Assembly: GCA_039801565.1 (NCBI GenBank)
Contig: JBDRUX010000041.1
Coordinates: 1-20,311 of the forward strand
Reading direction: 5' to 3'
DNA: 20,311 bases
Source of the DNA: a candidate division WOR-3 bacterium
GTDB lineage: Bacteria > Hydrothermota > Tepidihabitantia > Tepidihabitantales > JAOUPE01
Part shown: positions 9,389 to 17,813 of the stretch, in pieces
Position numbering within the stretch: the first letter of the stretch is position 1
Layout: each line of letters begins with the position of its first letter
Made by a program: the position numbers and the translations under genes
The notes under the pieces: generated by a model
Databases searched by the model: none
Told to the model about the DNA's origin: nothing
What the model saw: only the letters and a program-made list of their open reading frames with translations

Positions 9389-10099
9389 ATGGTAAGAAAA
9401 AAAGTCATATTTTTGATTGTTGGGCCATATTTTTTATTTACAAATTGTAAGATAAATCAACCAGAATCGGTGCGAGCAAGATTTGCCGTTTTTTGTTTTC
9501 TTGAAGAAGGAAAAAGTCAACAAAAAATAAAAATTGAACCTATTCATTATTTTGATTCTAATGATACTGCAGACCTTCTTTCTTTTCAAATAAAGATTGA
9601 AAGTGAATTAGGTAATATTGTTTTCTTTCCTTGCTCGGAAAGTATTGGACAGTATATCAATAATCATGCATTAGATTGGCTCATACCTCTTTTTGAATAT
9701 AAATTATTAGCTATTAACTCAAGGGGCGATACTTTAAAAGGTCAAACTTTTGTCCCCGCTAAATTCTTTATTTGTAATCACCCAGAAACATTACTCATTC
9801 AGGATTCAACAAAGGCTGCTTTAACCTGGGGCAAAAGTGAAACCGCAGCTATTTATATGTTAAACTTTATACCATTCGATGATGGTAATCAAGTTTCATT
9901 TTTCACTAAAGATACAACTATAAACCTTTTCTTTTATAAAGATTTTTTTGAGAAAGAGGGGCTTTATTTATTGAAAGTGTTTGCCTTAGATAAAAATACC
10001 TATCAATGGGAATTAAATGAAACTTCAAGTATTGTTGGTGGAAAAGGAGTTTTTGGAGCATTTACCCAAGATTCTACTCATTTTTATCTTTCAAAATAG
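9389..10099 (+). CDS. DUF4249-like lipoprotein (TonB-dependent receptor-associated family)
   Basis: Basic N-terminus, hydrophobic stretch and Cys20 (FTNC); beta-rich body; C-terminal SSIVGGKGVFGA resembles the DUF4249 SNIxGGxGxF motif. Confidence 0.7.
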   Translation: MVRKKVIFLIVGPYFLFTNCKINQPESVRARFAVFCFLEEGKSQQKIKIEPIHYFDSNDTADLLSFQIKIESELGNIVFFPCSESIGQYINNHALDWLIPLFEYKLLAINSRGDTLKGQTFVPAKFFICNHPETLLIQDSTKAALTWGKSETAAIYMLNFIPFDDGNQVSFFTKDTTINLFFYKDFFEKEGLYLLKVFALDKNTYQWELNETSSIVGGKGVFGAFTQDSTHFYLSK

Positions 10100-12415
10100 A
10101 AGTTTACAATTGAGCACAAACAGAAACGGGAGACTAAAAAGAACGTCTCTTTTGGGCGGAGAGCAGCGGAAGTCGTAATCGTATAACAAAATATTTTTAT
10201 GGTTATATAAATTCAAAAACTTTGATTCTAGGGAGAGATGCTTGCTAAAATTTTTTCTAATTGTTAAATCTAAACGAGAATAGGGGGGCAAGCGAGAAGA
10301 ATTTTCCCAACCATAGAGAGGCGTGTAACCAAATTTTTTTTCTGATGCGTCTCTTGTAAACAAATGTTCGTTTTTAAAATAGCCAATTATCGGTGTATAA
10401 GGACACCCGGAATTTAAAATTTGATTAATTGAAAGTTCCCAGTTTTTCCGAAAGGTTAAACTTAAAGAGAGAGATAACGAATGTCTCAAGTCCCAATCTG
10501 CCCATATCTCTCCTTCTGTTAACACAATTTTAGAAATGCCAAAGGAATAATTAAGAGCAGAAATAAAATTTTTTGCATTATGTTGGTAATTTAGTGAAGC
10601 GCCCAAGGAATTACCTTCCCCTGTTTTGAAAAGGCTATTCTGGACATCAAGCAAATCAATTTTTTCCCGGGATAAAAGTAAATTAGGAAAATCCTTGTAA
10701 TAAGCCGATACTCTTATTTCGTCACTTTTTATAAAACCCAATAATTCTAACAAAAGATGATTTGCTTCTTGTGGAACAAATGATTCAAAGATTGGCAGCC
10801 AATTATAGAAGTGAATCACTTGTCCAATTCGTGGTTGAAACATTGTTAAAAATTGATAATATTTACCACCAGCTAAAGTTATACTCCAATTGTTGGATAG
10901 TAGAAATTTAAAAGCGCAACGGGGGGATAGCCTATTAAAGGAAACGCCGCCAGTTTTTGTGACAATATTAACTTTTGGAAAACTTAAAGAATCCAAAATT
11001 AAAAGTTTTGATGGGTTTTGTCTGATTATTTCGTACAAACTATCAGTATATTCATAATATTGTGACAGACTGTTCAAAGTAATAAAACCGTAATAATCCG
11101 AACCACGCCAATGGTCAAATCTCAATCCTAAATTTGTTAGAAATTTTCCTGTTTTTAATTCCGCCTCTAAATAATTAGAGAATTGCAAAGGTTTACCCGA
11201 ATAATAGTAAGGCATTGCATCTAAAAATAGTAAGTAATTGAAATAAGATTGCGATAATTCGAAACCACTTAATAACCTAAAATTATTAAACAGGCGATAT
11301 GATAACTTGTTAGAAATCGATAAACGGTTGATGCTATTATTGATTCTTAAGAAATTTGTTCTTAATGAAGAACGACCACTGCCAAAATGGCTGCCACCAA
11401 AAGTCAGAGTATAAGAAATATTTTTCCAGTATTTAAATATATTGCAAATTATCCCTTTATTTTCCCAATCGAAAGTAATATAGGGTTTAGTTGTATCCAT
11501 TAAATTGGTACCTCGATATAAGTCTTTTCCTAAAATCCCGGTTAGAGAAAAATACCAAGAATGAGGAAATATAAAACCAAATTTTACTAAGGTATTGTAG
11601 AATTGATAAGGGAAACTCACTTTTGAAATAAGTTTGGAATAATGTTCAAATGAGTTAAAATGACCGGCAAACAGTATGGATAACGGCTCTAGATTATGCC
11701 TAAATAGGAGGCGAGAATTAATTGGTCCAAAAACTAACTCTCGCCGATTGTCAGATCTTTCATCAACTTCGCTTTCTATCACCGAGGAAATTCTACTTCC
11801 ATATCTTGCTGGAAACCCTCCGGGGTAGAAATCTATTTTCCGCAAGACGTCAACATCAATTAATGAGTAGCCACCGCTCAAATGAAAAGGATTGTAGAGT
11901 TCAATACCATCTAAAATAAATAAATTTTGCTCTACTCCACCTCCTGCAATATAAGGAACTTGGTTAAACTCATTCACCGAATGAGCACCCGGCAACAAAT
12001 ATAAAGACCTTATAAAATCGGGTTGAAGGAAATGGGAAGATTTAATTAAAATTGGTAAATCTGGGGTAACGGGTGTCACTGCTTCCTCTCTTATTCGAAT
12101 CCTTTTTGCGGATACTATCACTTCGTTTTCTAAGTTAAATGTTCTTGGTGATAAATAAATTTTCAATCCTGAAAGATTCTTTTTTTGTAGATTTACTTTT
12201 ATCGATTTGGAATTGTAGCCAATATGACTAAAAGTCAGTTCATAACTTCTTGGTAGTAATCCTAAAATTACAAAATGCCCAGAACTATCAGTAGATGTTC
12301 CTTTCTCAATGTCAGCAATATAAACATTAGCCGAACGGATAGGAGATTTTGATAAGGAATCATAAACCTTACCTTTTATGAAAAGAAAGAATAATAAAAG
12401 ATGAAATGGAAACAT
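10091..12415 (-). CDS. TonB-dependent receptor with N-terminal carboxypeptidase-regulatory-like domain
   Basis: IKGKVYD...GTSTDSSGHF...FSHIGY domain; plug region QNLFILDGIELYNPFH and GGFPARYGSRISSV; barrel motifs NLGLRFD, LSPR, RLPPYSRLDL, NLYNHKN; terminal Phe. Confidence 0.88.
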   Translation of the reverse strand: MFPFHLLLFFLFIKGKVYDSLSKSPIRSANVYIADIEKGTSTDSSGHFVILGLLPRSYELTFSHIGYNSKSIKVNLQKKNLSGLKIYLSPRTFNLENEVIVSAKRIRIREEAVTPVTPDLPILIKSSHFLQPDFIRSLYLLPGAHSVNEFNQVPYIAGGGVEQNLFILDGIELYNPFHLSGGYSLIDVDVLRKIDFYPGGFPARYGSRISSVIESEVDERSDNRRELVFGPINSRLLFRHNLEPLSILFAGHFNSFEHYSKLISKVSFPYQFYNTLVKFGFIFPHSWYFSLTGILGKDLYRGTNLMDTTKPYITFDWENKGIICNIFKYWKNISYTLTFGGSHFGSGRSSLRTNFLRINNSINRLSISNKLSYRLFNNFRLLSGFELSQSYFNYLLFLDAMPYYYSGKPLQFSNYLEAELKTGKFLTNLGLRFDHWRGSDYYGFITLNSLSQYYEYTDSLYEIIRQNPSKLLILDSLSFPKVNIVTKTGGVSFNRLSPRCAFKFLLSNNWSITLAGGKYYQFLTMFQPRIGQVIHFYNWLPIFESFVPQEANHLLLELLGFIKSDEIRVSAYYKDFPNLLLSREKIDLLDVQNSLFKTGEGNSLGASLNYQHNAKNFISALNYSFGISKIVLTEGEIWADWDLRHSLSLSLSLTFRKNWELSINQILNSGCPYTPIIGYFKNEHLFTRDASEKKFGYTPLYGWENSSRLPPYSRLDLTIRKNFSKHLSLESKFLNLYNHKNILLYDYDFRCSPPKRDVLFSLPFLFVLNCKLLF

Positions 12416-12417
12416 CT

Positions 12418-12449
12418 ATAAAAGAAGGCGCCCCTATAACAGGGGCGCC
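12418..12449 (-). terminator. Intrinsic terminator after the OMP gene
   Basis: 9-bp stem GGCGCCCCT/AGGGGCGCC (12427-12449) followed on the minus strand by TTCTTTTAT. Confidence 0.8.
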
Positions 12450-12457
12450 GGTTTATA

Positions 12458-12985
12458 TTAATAGTACCAAACTAATCCGAGGACGAAAATCTGATTGTTC
12501 AAAGAAATGATAGTCCGAGACCCTCCGCCTTCATAAGAAGTAAAAGTTAAACCCGAAATAGTATTTAAGTCTATTGAAAAGTGTTCGCTCACGAAGTGTT
12601 CCAATCCAACTCCTACCGGAAGTCCGAATTCGTTGGTACTGATTCCGAATGGCGGGTTGTAAAATCCAAATTTAAGACCAGCCTTACCGTAGATGTTGGT
12701 TTTCTCATGAGATAAAAAAGTATAATCAAAAAGTGCCATTAGAAAAAAGTGAGTTGTTTGTTCACTTGAGCCACCGGACGATTCAGAAATCAAGGTAAAA
12801 CCGAATACTGGTTCTAAAATCATCCGCTCACCCAAACCAAGTTTGGTTACCGCTGTATTAGGAAATACTCCACCACCTGGAATACCGCTGTTCCAACCGA
12901 CTCCCATTCCAATCTTCCCTTTCATGTCAACTGCCAAAGCAGTTGATATGAGAAGAATTAAGAGTAACGGTATTAACTTTTTCAT
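12458..12985 (-). CDS. Small outer-membrane beta-barrel protein (175 aa)
   Basis: AAGGAGG SD before ATG 12985; signal peptide MKKLIPLLLILLISTALA; alternating strands (NIYGKAGLKFG, VGVGLEHF, FSIDL); aromatic C-terminus GLVWYY. The ORF-track extension to 13165 overlaps the promoter and leader. Confidence 0.85.
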   Translation of the reverse strand: MKKLIPLLLILLISTALAVDMKGKIGMGVGWNSGIPGGGVFPNTAVTKLGLGERMILEPVFGFTLISESSGGSSEQTTHFFLMALFDYTFLSHEKTNIYGKAGLKFGFYNPPFGISTNEFGLPVGVGLEHFVSEHFSIDLNTISGLTFTSYEGGGSRTIISLNNQIFVLGLVWYY

Positions 12986-13020
12986 TGCTCCTCCTTTTGA
13001 GTTAAATTCGTGGCATAGAA

Positions 13021-13106
13021 ACTTGGTATTTTTACCTCGACCTCCTTTCTTTAACAGGATAGGATTTGAACCTATAACCTGTCCACCGACCATAGTTGTA
13101 CCAAGT
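13021..13106 (-). ncRNA. Putative structured 5' leader RNA of the OMP gene
   Basis: Closing stem ACTTGGTA/TACCAAGT (13106-13099 with 13028-13021) encloses hairpin ACAGG-TT-ATAGG-TTCAAAT-CCTAT-CCTGT (13082-13054). Confidence 0.45.
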
Positions 13107-13110
13107 ATGA

Positions 13111-13138
13111 ATAATAATAACAAAACCAAACTTGTCAA
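13111..13138 (-). promoter_or_regulatory. Sigma70-type promoter of the OMP gene
   Basis: Minus strand TTGACA (13138-13133), 16 bp, TATTAT. Confidence 0.6.
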
Positions 13139-13266
13139 CAAGAAAATGCAAGCGTTAACAGACATCGTTACCAGTATTGGAAAGACCTAAAAAGAATACT
13201 ATGGATAAGGGGGCTTGCCTACGATTTTAAAGAGATGATAAACTTAAATAAAGAAATGAAGGACTT

Positions 13267-13688
13267 ATGGTAAGTTTTGAATATCAAACAGTCCTGAAAG
13301 TAGACCCAGTTCTGACACAGCAGGAGGTCGTAGGCACCTGTTTTGAGAATTGTTGTGGCAATATCTCAGAAACCGCCCGAATCTGTGGTGTCTCTCGCAA
13401 TACCACCCGTAAAATACTAAGACGTTTTGAAAAGGAAGGAGAAGAAGGTCTAAAAAATAAATCCCGCCGCCCCAAAAATTCCCAAGAAAGACAAGCGCTC
13501 AAGTTGAAAAGGTGGTGGTGGATATTTTCGTATCCGGCGAATTGCCCGAGAGCTCAAAAGAAAGGGTATTGCTATCTCCTACGGCACGGTTTGGAAGATT
13601 TTAAAGCGAAATGGGAAGACCAAGCCCAAAAAGAAGACAACTATTCGGAAGACCGGTAGGCGCTACTACAACCCCTTAGGCTTTGGCC
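13267..13688 (+). pseudogene. Truncated, frameshifted IS481-like transposase (HTH N-terminus only)
   Basis: GNISETARICGVSRNTTRKILRRFEKEGEEGLKNKSRRPKNS; other frames continue RKTSAQVEKVVV and GIAISYGTVWKILKRNG; no DDE domain before the 12-bp tract begins. Confidence 0.78.
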
Positions 13689-13904
13689 CGCTATCTTCCC
13701 AGCTGCTCTTCTCGCCAATATACCCGTCCAGATACAAACCCAATTTCCAGCCACCTCCCGAACCAACCGCCGAATCTGCCTTCGGCACTTTCCCTGTACC
13801 AAATACCCAGGCTACCTATGGGGCAAGCCTGAGACCTAACCCGGATACCGCCTCCTATACGGTATGGAGTATAGCCAGGGGCTAGCCCTGGGCTAGCCCC
13901 TCCA
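13689..13904. repeat. Second degenerate 12-bp-period tract (~18 units)
   Basis: Units CGCTATCTTCCC/AGCTGCTCTTCT/CGCCAATATACC/.../AGCCACCTCCCG/AACCAACCGCCG/AATCTGCCTTCG...; ends with two GGGCTAGCCC palindromes. Confidence 0.6.
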
Positions 13905-14022
13905 CTACTTTTGTTTAATAAAATCAACGACTTATGCAAAATAGAGCTTGAATTAAATTATGATTCTAATTTGGCAACTCCGTAGGATTAAAAGGTTCCG
14001 GCTGATAATTTCGTTTTTTCTA

Positions 14023-14051
14023 TTGATAAAATTTCTGAATGATGTTAATAT
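14023..14051 (+). promoter_or_regulatory. Candidate promoter for the EamA gene
   Basis: TTGATA, 17 bp, TAATAT preceded by TGn; AT-rich context lowers specificity. Confidence 0.4.
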
Positions 14052-14117
14052 GAAAGGATGTTTTATAGCAAAATGTTTAAGCCCAATACTTTTGGATAAT
14101 TAATTTAAAATCAGATT

Positions 14118-14996
14118 ATGGTTTCTCGATTGAAGATTATTTTAGTCCTTGGCTTTGGTTTAATCGTCCTTTCTTTTGCCTCAATATTGATTAAACTGAC
14201 CCAAGCACCCAGTATCGTAATTGCCGCTGGTCGTTTAACAATTGCATCATTAGTCCTAACCCCATTCTTCTGGTCAAAATTCCCTAAGATTCGACTTGAA
14301 CTAAAACAAGTTAAATGGAGTTTAATTATTCTGTCTGGTCTATTTCTGGCGCTTCATTTCTTTTCTTGGATTGAATCCTTAAGCCATACCTCAGTACCCA
14401 GTTCAGTAGTGCTGGTCACTACCAATCCAATCTTTGTCGCAATTCTTTCGCCAATAATCCTAAAAGAAAGAATTACCTTTCGGATTGGTCTGGCTGTAAT
14501 CTTCGGGGCAATCGGTTCAATTATAATCACTAGTCAGGCACTGAATTCATTGGTTATGACCAAAGGCAACCTCTTAGCTTTGGCTGGGGCTTTATGTGCC
14601 GCTGGCTATATGATTGTTGGTCGTCGAATCCGTCCGCATATTTCGCTAATTGGTTATATCTATATTATGTATACTACTGCCGCAATACTTCTTTTGACTG
14701 GTCTATTGCTATCCGGCAAGCCTTTGACCGTATATTCATCACAAGTCTATTGGTTCATAATTCTCTTAGCATTGGGACCGCAACTAATCGGGCATACCAG
14801 TTTCAATTGGGCTTTAGGTCATCTAACCGCACCAGTGGTAGCAATGACAATTTTAGGCGAACCAATAGGCACCACTATACTTTCCTGGCTAATTCTTGCC
14901 CAACCACCGACTTTAAGAGAGATTATTGGTGGGATAATGATCAGTATCGGAATCTACCTGGCTGTCTCAAGTAAGACCAATAAGAAAAACCTTTAA
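14118..14996 (+). CDS. EamA/DMT family transporter
   Basis: About 10 hydrophobic helices in two repeats; SGLFLALHF, LVTTNPIFV, LKER, GNLLALAGA, QLIGHTSFNWAL, LGEPIG motifs. Confidence 0.92.
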   Translation: MVSRLKIILVLGFGLIVLSFASILIKLTQAPSIVIAAGRLTIASLVLTPFFWSKFPKIRLELKQVKWSLIILSGLFLALHFFSWIESLSHTSVPSSVVLVTTNPIFVAILSPIILKERITFRIGLAVIFGAIGSIIITSQALNSLVMTKGNLLALAGALCAAGYMIVGRRIRPHISLIGYIYIMYTTAAILLLTGLLLSGKPLTVYSSQVYWFIILLALGPQLIGHTSFNWALGHLTAPVVAMTILGEPIGTTILSWLILAQPPTLREIIGGIMISIGIYLAVSSKTNKKNL

Positions 14997-15144
14997 ACCG
15001 TAGTAACAATGCCGAATTTCGGTTGCAGTAATCAAAGGGAATGTATTAACACAAGTGCGCAAGACTTGACACCATTCCAAGAGGTAATGTTCCTATTGTC
15101 GTGGAAATTTAAATGAGTATAATAAGTTTAAAAGGAGAAAAGGT

Positions 15145-16012
15145 ATGAAACTTAGTCAAGGAACGATTATTTTCGAAGAAGACCCTCTCACTGAGGCGAT
15201 TAGACGAGAGGTTCGCTCATTCATTGAAAGAATTGTGCTCGAAGAACTTGCGGCGACTTTGGGCGCTGGTCCTTATCCGAGGACAGAGGAACGTCAGGGG
15301 TATCGTCATGGCTTTGAGCACCGGCAGATATCAACTTCGCTGTTCTGGAAATCTACCTTTGTGGTGCCAATACCCGCCGGATTAAACAAGCGCTAAGACC
15401 ACTTTTGAAAGGAACACCCCTATCGAAGAGTAGTATCAGCCGTCTGGTTTTGCGTCTAAAAGAATATTTTGAGAGTTGGCGCGCCCGTGCCACTCAATAA
15501 CGAATTCGTCGCCTATCTCTATTTAGATGGCTTTTGGGGTCAAAATCCGCTCTTGCGGCAGGGTCTGCCGGGTTTTTGTGTTGGCAGCGGTGGGAGTAAA
15601 CGAAAAAGGCGAAAAGATTCTCTTAAAGGCTTACGTGGTTCGGAATCGGCACAAGCCTTTAAGGGAGTCATCGAGGATTTGGTCTTGCGTGGGTTGCCTC
15701 GTCCCGAATTAATAATCATTGATGGCAATGGCTATTGAGCTTACTTGGCCGAAAATTAACATTGTGTAGTGCACAATCTCCTTGCCCATGTTTCTAAACA
15801 CGCTTTTGTGCGAAGGTGTGGTGAAAAGTTTTAAAGAAGCGGGCAATGAGCTTCTAACATCCTTTCGTTATCCCGAGAGTCAATGGAAAAGTCTTCGCAG
15901 GACCAATATCATTGAGCGGTTTTACGGGGAGTTTCGGCGTCGAATAAAGACACAAGCTTCTTTACCTTCCGAGCATGCGGCATTAATAATTTTCCTTGGT
16001 CTTTTTGCTTAG
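15145..16012 (+). pseudogene. IS256 (mutator-type) transposase pseudogene
   Basis: Fragments in several frames: LGAGPYPRTEERQGYRHG, YLYLDG, VLAAVGVNEKGEK, DLVLRGL..LIIIDG, YPESQWKSLRRTNIIERFYGEFRRRIK; frameshifts, stops and apparent internal deletions. Confidence 0.9.
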
Positions 16013-16076
16013 GGTCAAATCTGGCTGCGGCGGCTCTCGGGGTGGCGTGATATGCCTCAGGTAGTCAATAAAACTA

Positions 16077-16104
16077 TTGACAAGGTGGCTTAGATGATTA
16101 TAGT
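16077..16104 (+). promoter_or_regulatory. Outward-facing promoter inside the IS256 right end
   Basis: TTGACA (16077-16082), 16 bp, TATAGT (16099-16104), pointing to the GT2 gene. Confidence 0.55.
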
Positions 16105-16251
16105 ATTAAAAATGGTAAAATTAAGAATTTCCACGAATATCGGGACAAGACCTTCCAAGATTCTGATAGGTTTAATTGAAGTAATGATTCAGCTAATTTA
16201 TCAAGTGTCGCCAAACTTAATGGCGACGATATCCGTAGAGAATTATGAAAA

Positions 16252-17700
16252 ATGTTAAATCAACCGTTGACTAAAGAAATAAAAGTCTCGGTTATTATAC
16301 CGGCTCGTAACGAAGCGAAATTTCTCGCATCCTGCATCAATTCTATAAAATCGCAAGATTTTTCCAATTATGAAATTATCGTCGTGGACAACGGAAGCAC
16401 TGATGATACGCCGGCGATTGCAGAAAATCTGGGCGCTCGAGTAATTCAAGAAAAGGTACCTGGACTGCCCCGTGCCCGCGAAGCCGGCAGAAAAGCCGCC
16501 CGGGGTGAATTACTGGTTTATCTTGATGCCGATACGATTATACCAGCTTCTTATCTATCAACCATTTATCGATTCTTTGAAGCCCACAAAAAGGTAATTG
16601 CTGTGAGTAATCCTTACTTTTTCTATGACGGAAATTGGAAAACCGATACCTTGATAAAATTTTTCTTTAAAATTTTATTTCCTTTCTATTACAAAATTCT
16701 TAAAGCGCTGAACCTCCCCAAGGTGATTCTGGGTAGCAACTTTGTAGTTAGAAAGGAAACACTTGAACAAATAGGTGGGTTTAACCAGGCGTTAAGATTT
16801 TACGGTGAAGATGTTGACATCTCAAAAAGACTCTCCAAGCAAGGAGAGGTTGTTTTTATCAACCGTTGGCAAACCTTAACTTCAGCCCGACGCTTCAAAC
16901 AGCAAGGGATTTTCCGAACTTGTTTTATGTATTTCGCCAATTATTTCTCGGTTTGCTTTTTTAATCGTCCGCTGGCTTCATTTACTTTTAAAATCGTTCC
17001 GATGTTCAAATATGTAACAACTTTCCTGATTCTATTTGGCTTACTCTTATACGGGTTCGCTTCCCCGAAATCAGAAATTTTCGGCAGAGTAATCTATAAT
17101 CTGAATTGTCGGGATAAAAAGGTTGCCCTCACCTTTGATGATGGACCAAATGGTAAATATACTGAACAGATTCTTGATATTTTGGATAAAAACGGAGTTA
17201 AAGGAACATTTTTCTTGATTGGCAAAAATGTCGAAATGTATCCGGCAATTGCGCGGGAAATAGTAAAGCGAGGAAATTATCTCGGCAATCACAGTTATTC
17301 ACATAATGTTTTGCTGCCATTCAAAAGCGAGAAGGCTTTGATTAATGATATCAACAAGGCAGAAGAAGTTATCTATAATGCGACTGGTGTCCATACCAGG
17401 TTATTTCGCCCGCCCCACGGCTTTCGAACGCCCTGGATGATTATGGCGATACACAAAATGGGTTATAAGATAATTACCTGGGATGATATGACAACCGATT
17501 ATGATAAGCGGTCGAAAGGAAAAGATATCGCCCGGAGCATAATCTCACAAGTAAAACCCGGCTCAATAATCGTCTTACATGACGGATTAAATTTGAATCA
17601 TGGGGTCTCGAGAGAAAATACGATTGAAGCGTTGAAGATTATCTTAAAGCAGTTAAAAGCTGAGAATTACAAATTTGTTACGCTTAAAGAATTGGAGTAG
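16252..17700 (+). CDS. Fusion of GT2 glycosyltransferase, TM helix and NodB/CE4 polysaccharide deacetylase
   Basis: SVIIPARNE, VVDNGSTD, YLDADT, GEDVD, TSARRF in the N-half; hydrophobic FLILFGLLLYGF; ALTFDDGP, NHSYSH, FRPPHG, IIVLHDG in the C-half. Confidence 0.92.
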   Translation: MLNQPLTKEIKVSVIIPARNEAKFLASCINSIKSQDFSNYEIIVVDNGSTDDTPAIAENLGARVIQEKVPGLPRAREAGRKAARGELLVYLDADTIIPASYLSTIYRFFEAHKKVIAVSNPYFFYDGNWKTDTLIKFFFKILFPFYYKILKALNLPKVILGSNFVVRKETLEQIGGFNQALRFYGEDVDISKRLSKQGEVVFINRWQTLTSARRFKQQGIFRTCFMYFANYFSVCFFNRPLASFTFKIVPMFKYVTTFLILFGLLLYGFASPKSEIFGRVIYNLNCRDKKVALTFDDGPNGKYTEQILDILDKNGVKGTFFLIGKNVEMYPAIAREIVKRGNYLGNHSYSHNVLLPFKSEKALINDINKAEEVIYNATGVHTRLFRPPHGFRTPWMIMAIHKMGYKIITWDDMTTDYDKRSKGKDIARSIISQVKPGSIIVLHDGLNLNHGVSRENTIEALKIILKQLKAENYKFVTLKELE

Positions 17701-17704
17701 CAGC

Positions 17705-17813
17705 AATTCTTGCCTAACCACCGACTTTAAGAGAGATTATTGGTGGGATAATGATCAGTATCGGAATCTACCTGGCTCTAAGTGAAATCGCCCTGAGGAA
17801 CAAAAATGACTAA
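17705..17813 (+). pseudogene. Duplicated 3' end of the EamA gene (72/73 identity, 17705-17777 vs 14891-14963)
   Basis: The single mismatch (17715) turns CAA into TAA; the frame continues ...IYLALSEIALRNKND* to a stop overlapping the GNAT gene's stop. Confidence 0.92.

Larger units (their letters stand above)
15083..16152 (+). mobile_element. Decayed IS256-family insertion sequence (1070 bp) with IRs and 8-bp TSD
   Basis: IRL GGTAATGTTCCTATTGTCGTGGAAATT (15083-15109) and IRR AATTTCCACGAATATCGGGACAAGACC (16126-16152); TSD TTCCAAGA at 15075-15082 and 16153-16160. Confidence 0.92.

Noticed and set aside
13054..13082. tRNA gene suggested by GGTTCAAATCC on the minus strand
   Set aside because: No acceptor stem, D arm or anticodon arm can be folded; kept only as a leader hairpin.
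12986..13165. 60-aa N-terminal extension of the OMP ORF
   Set aside because: Overlaps the promoter and leader; strong SD and signal peptide mark ATG 12985.
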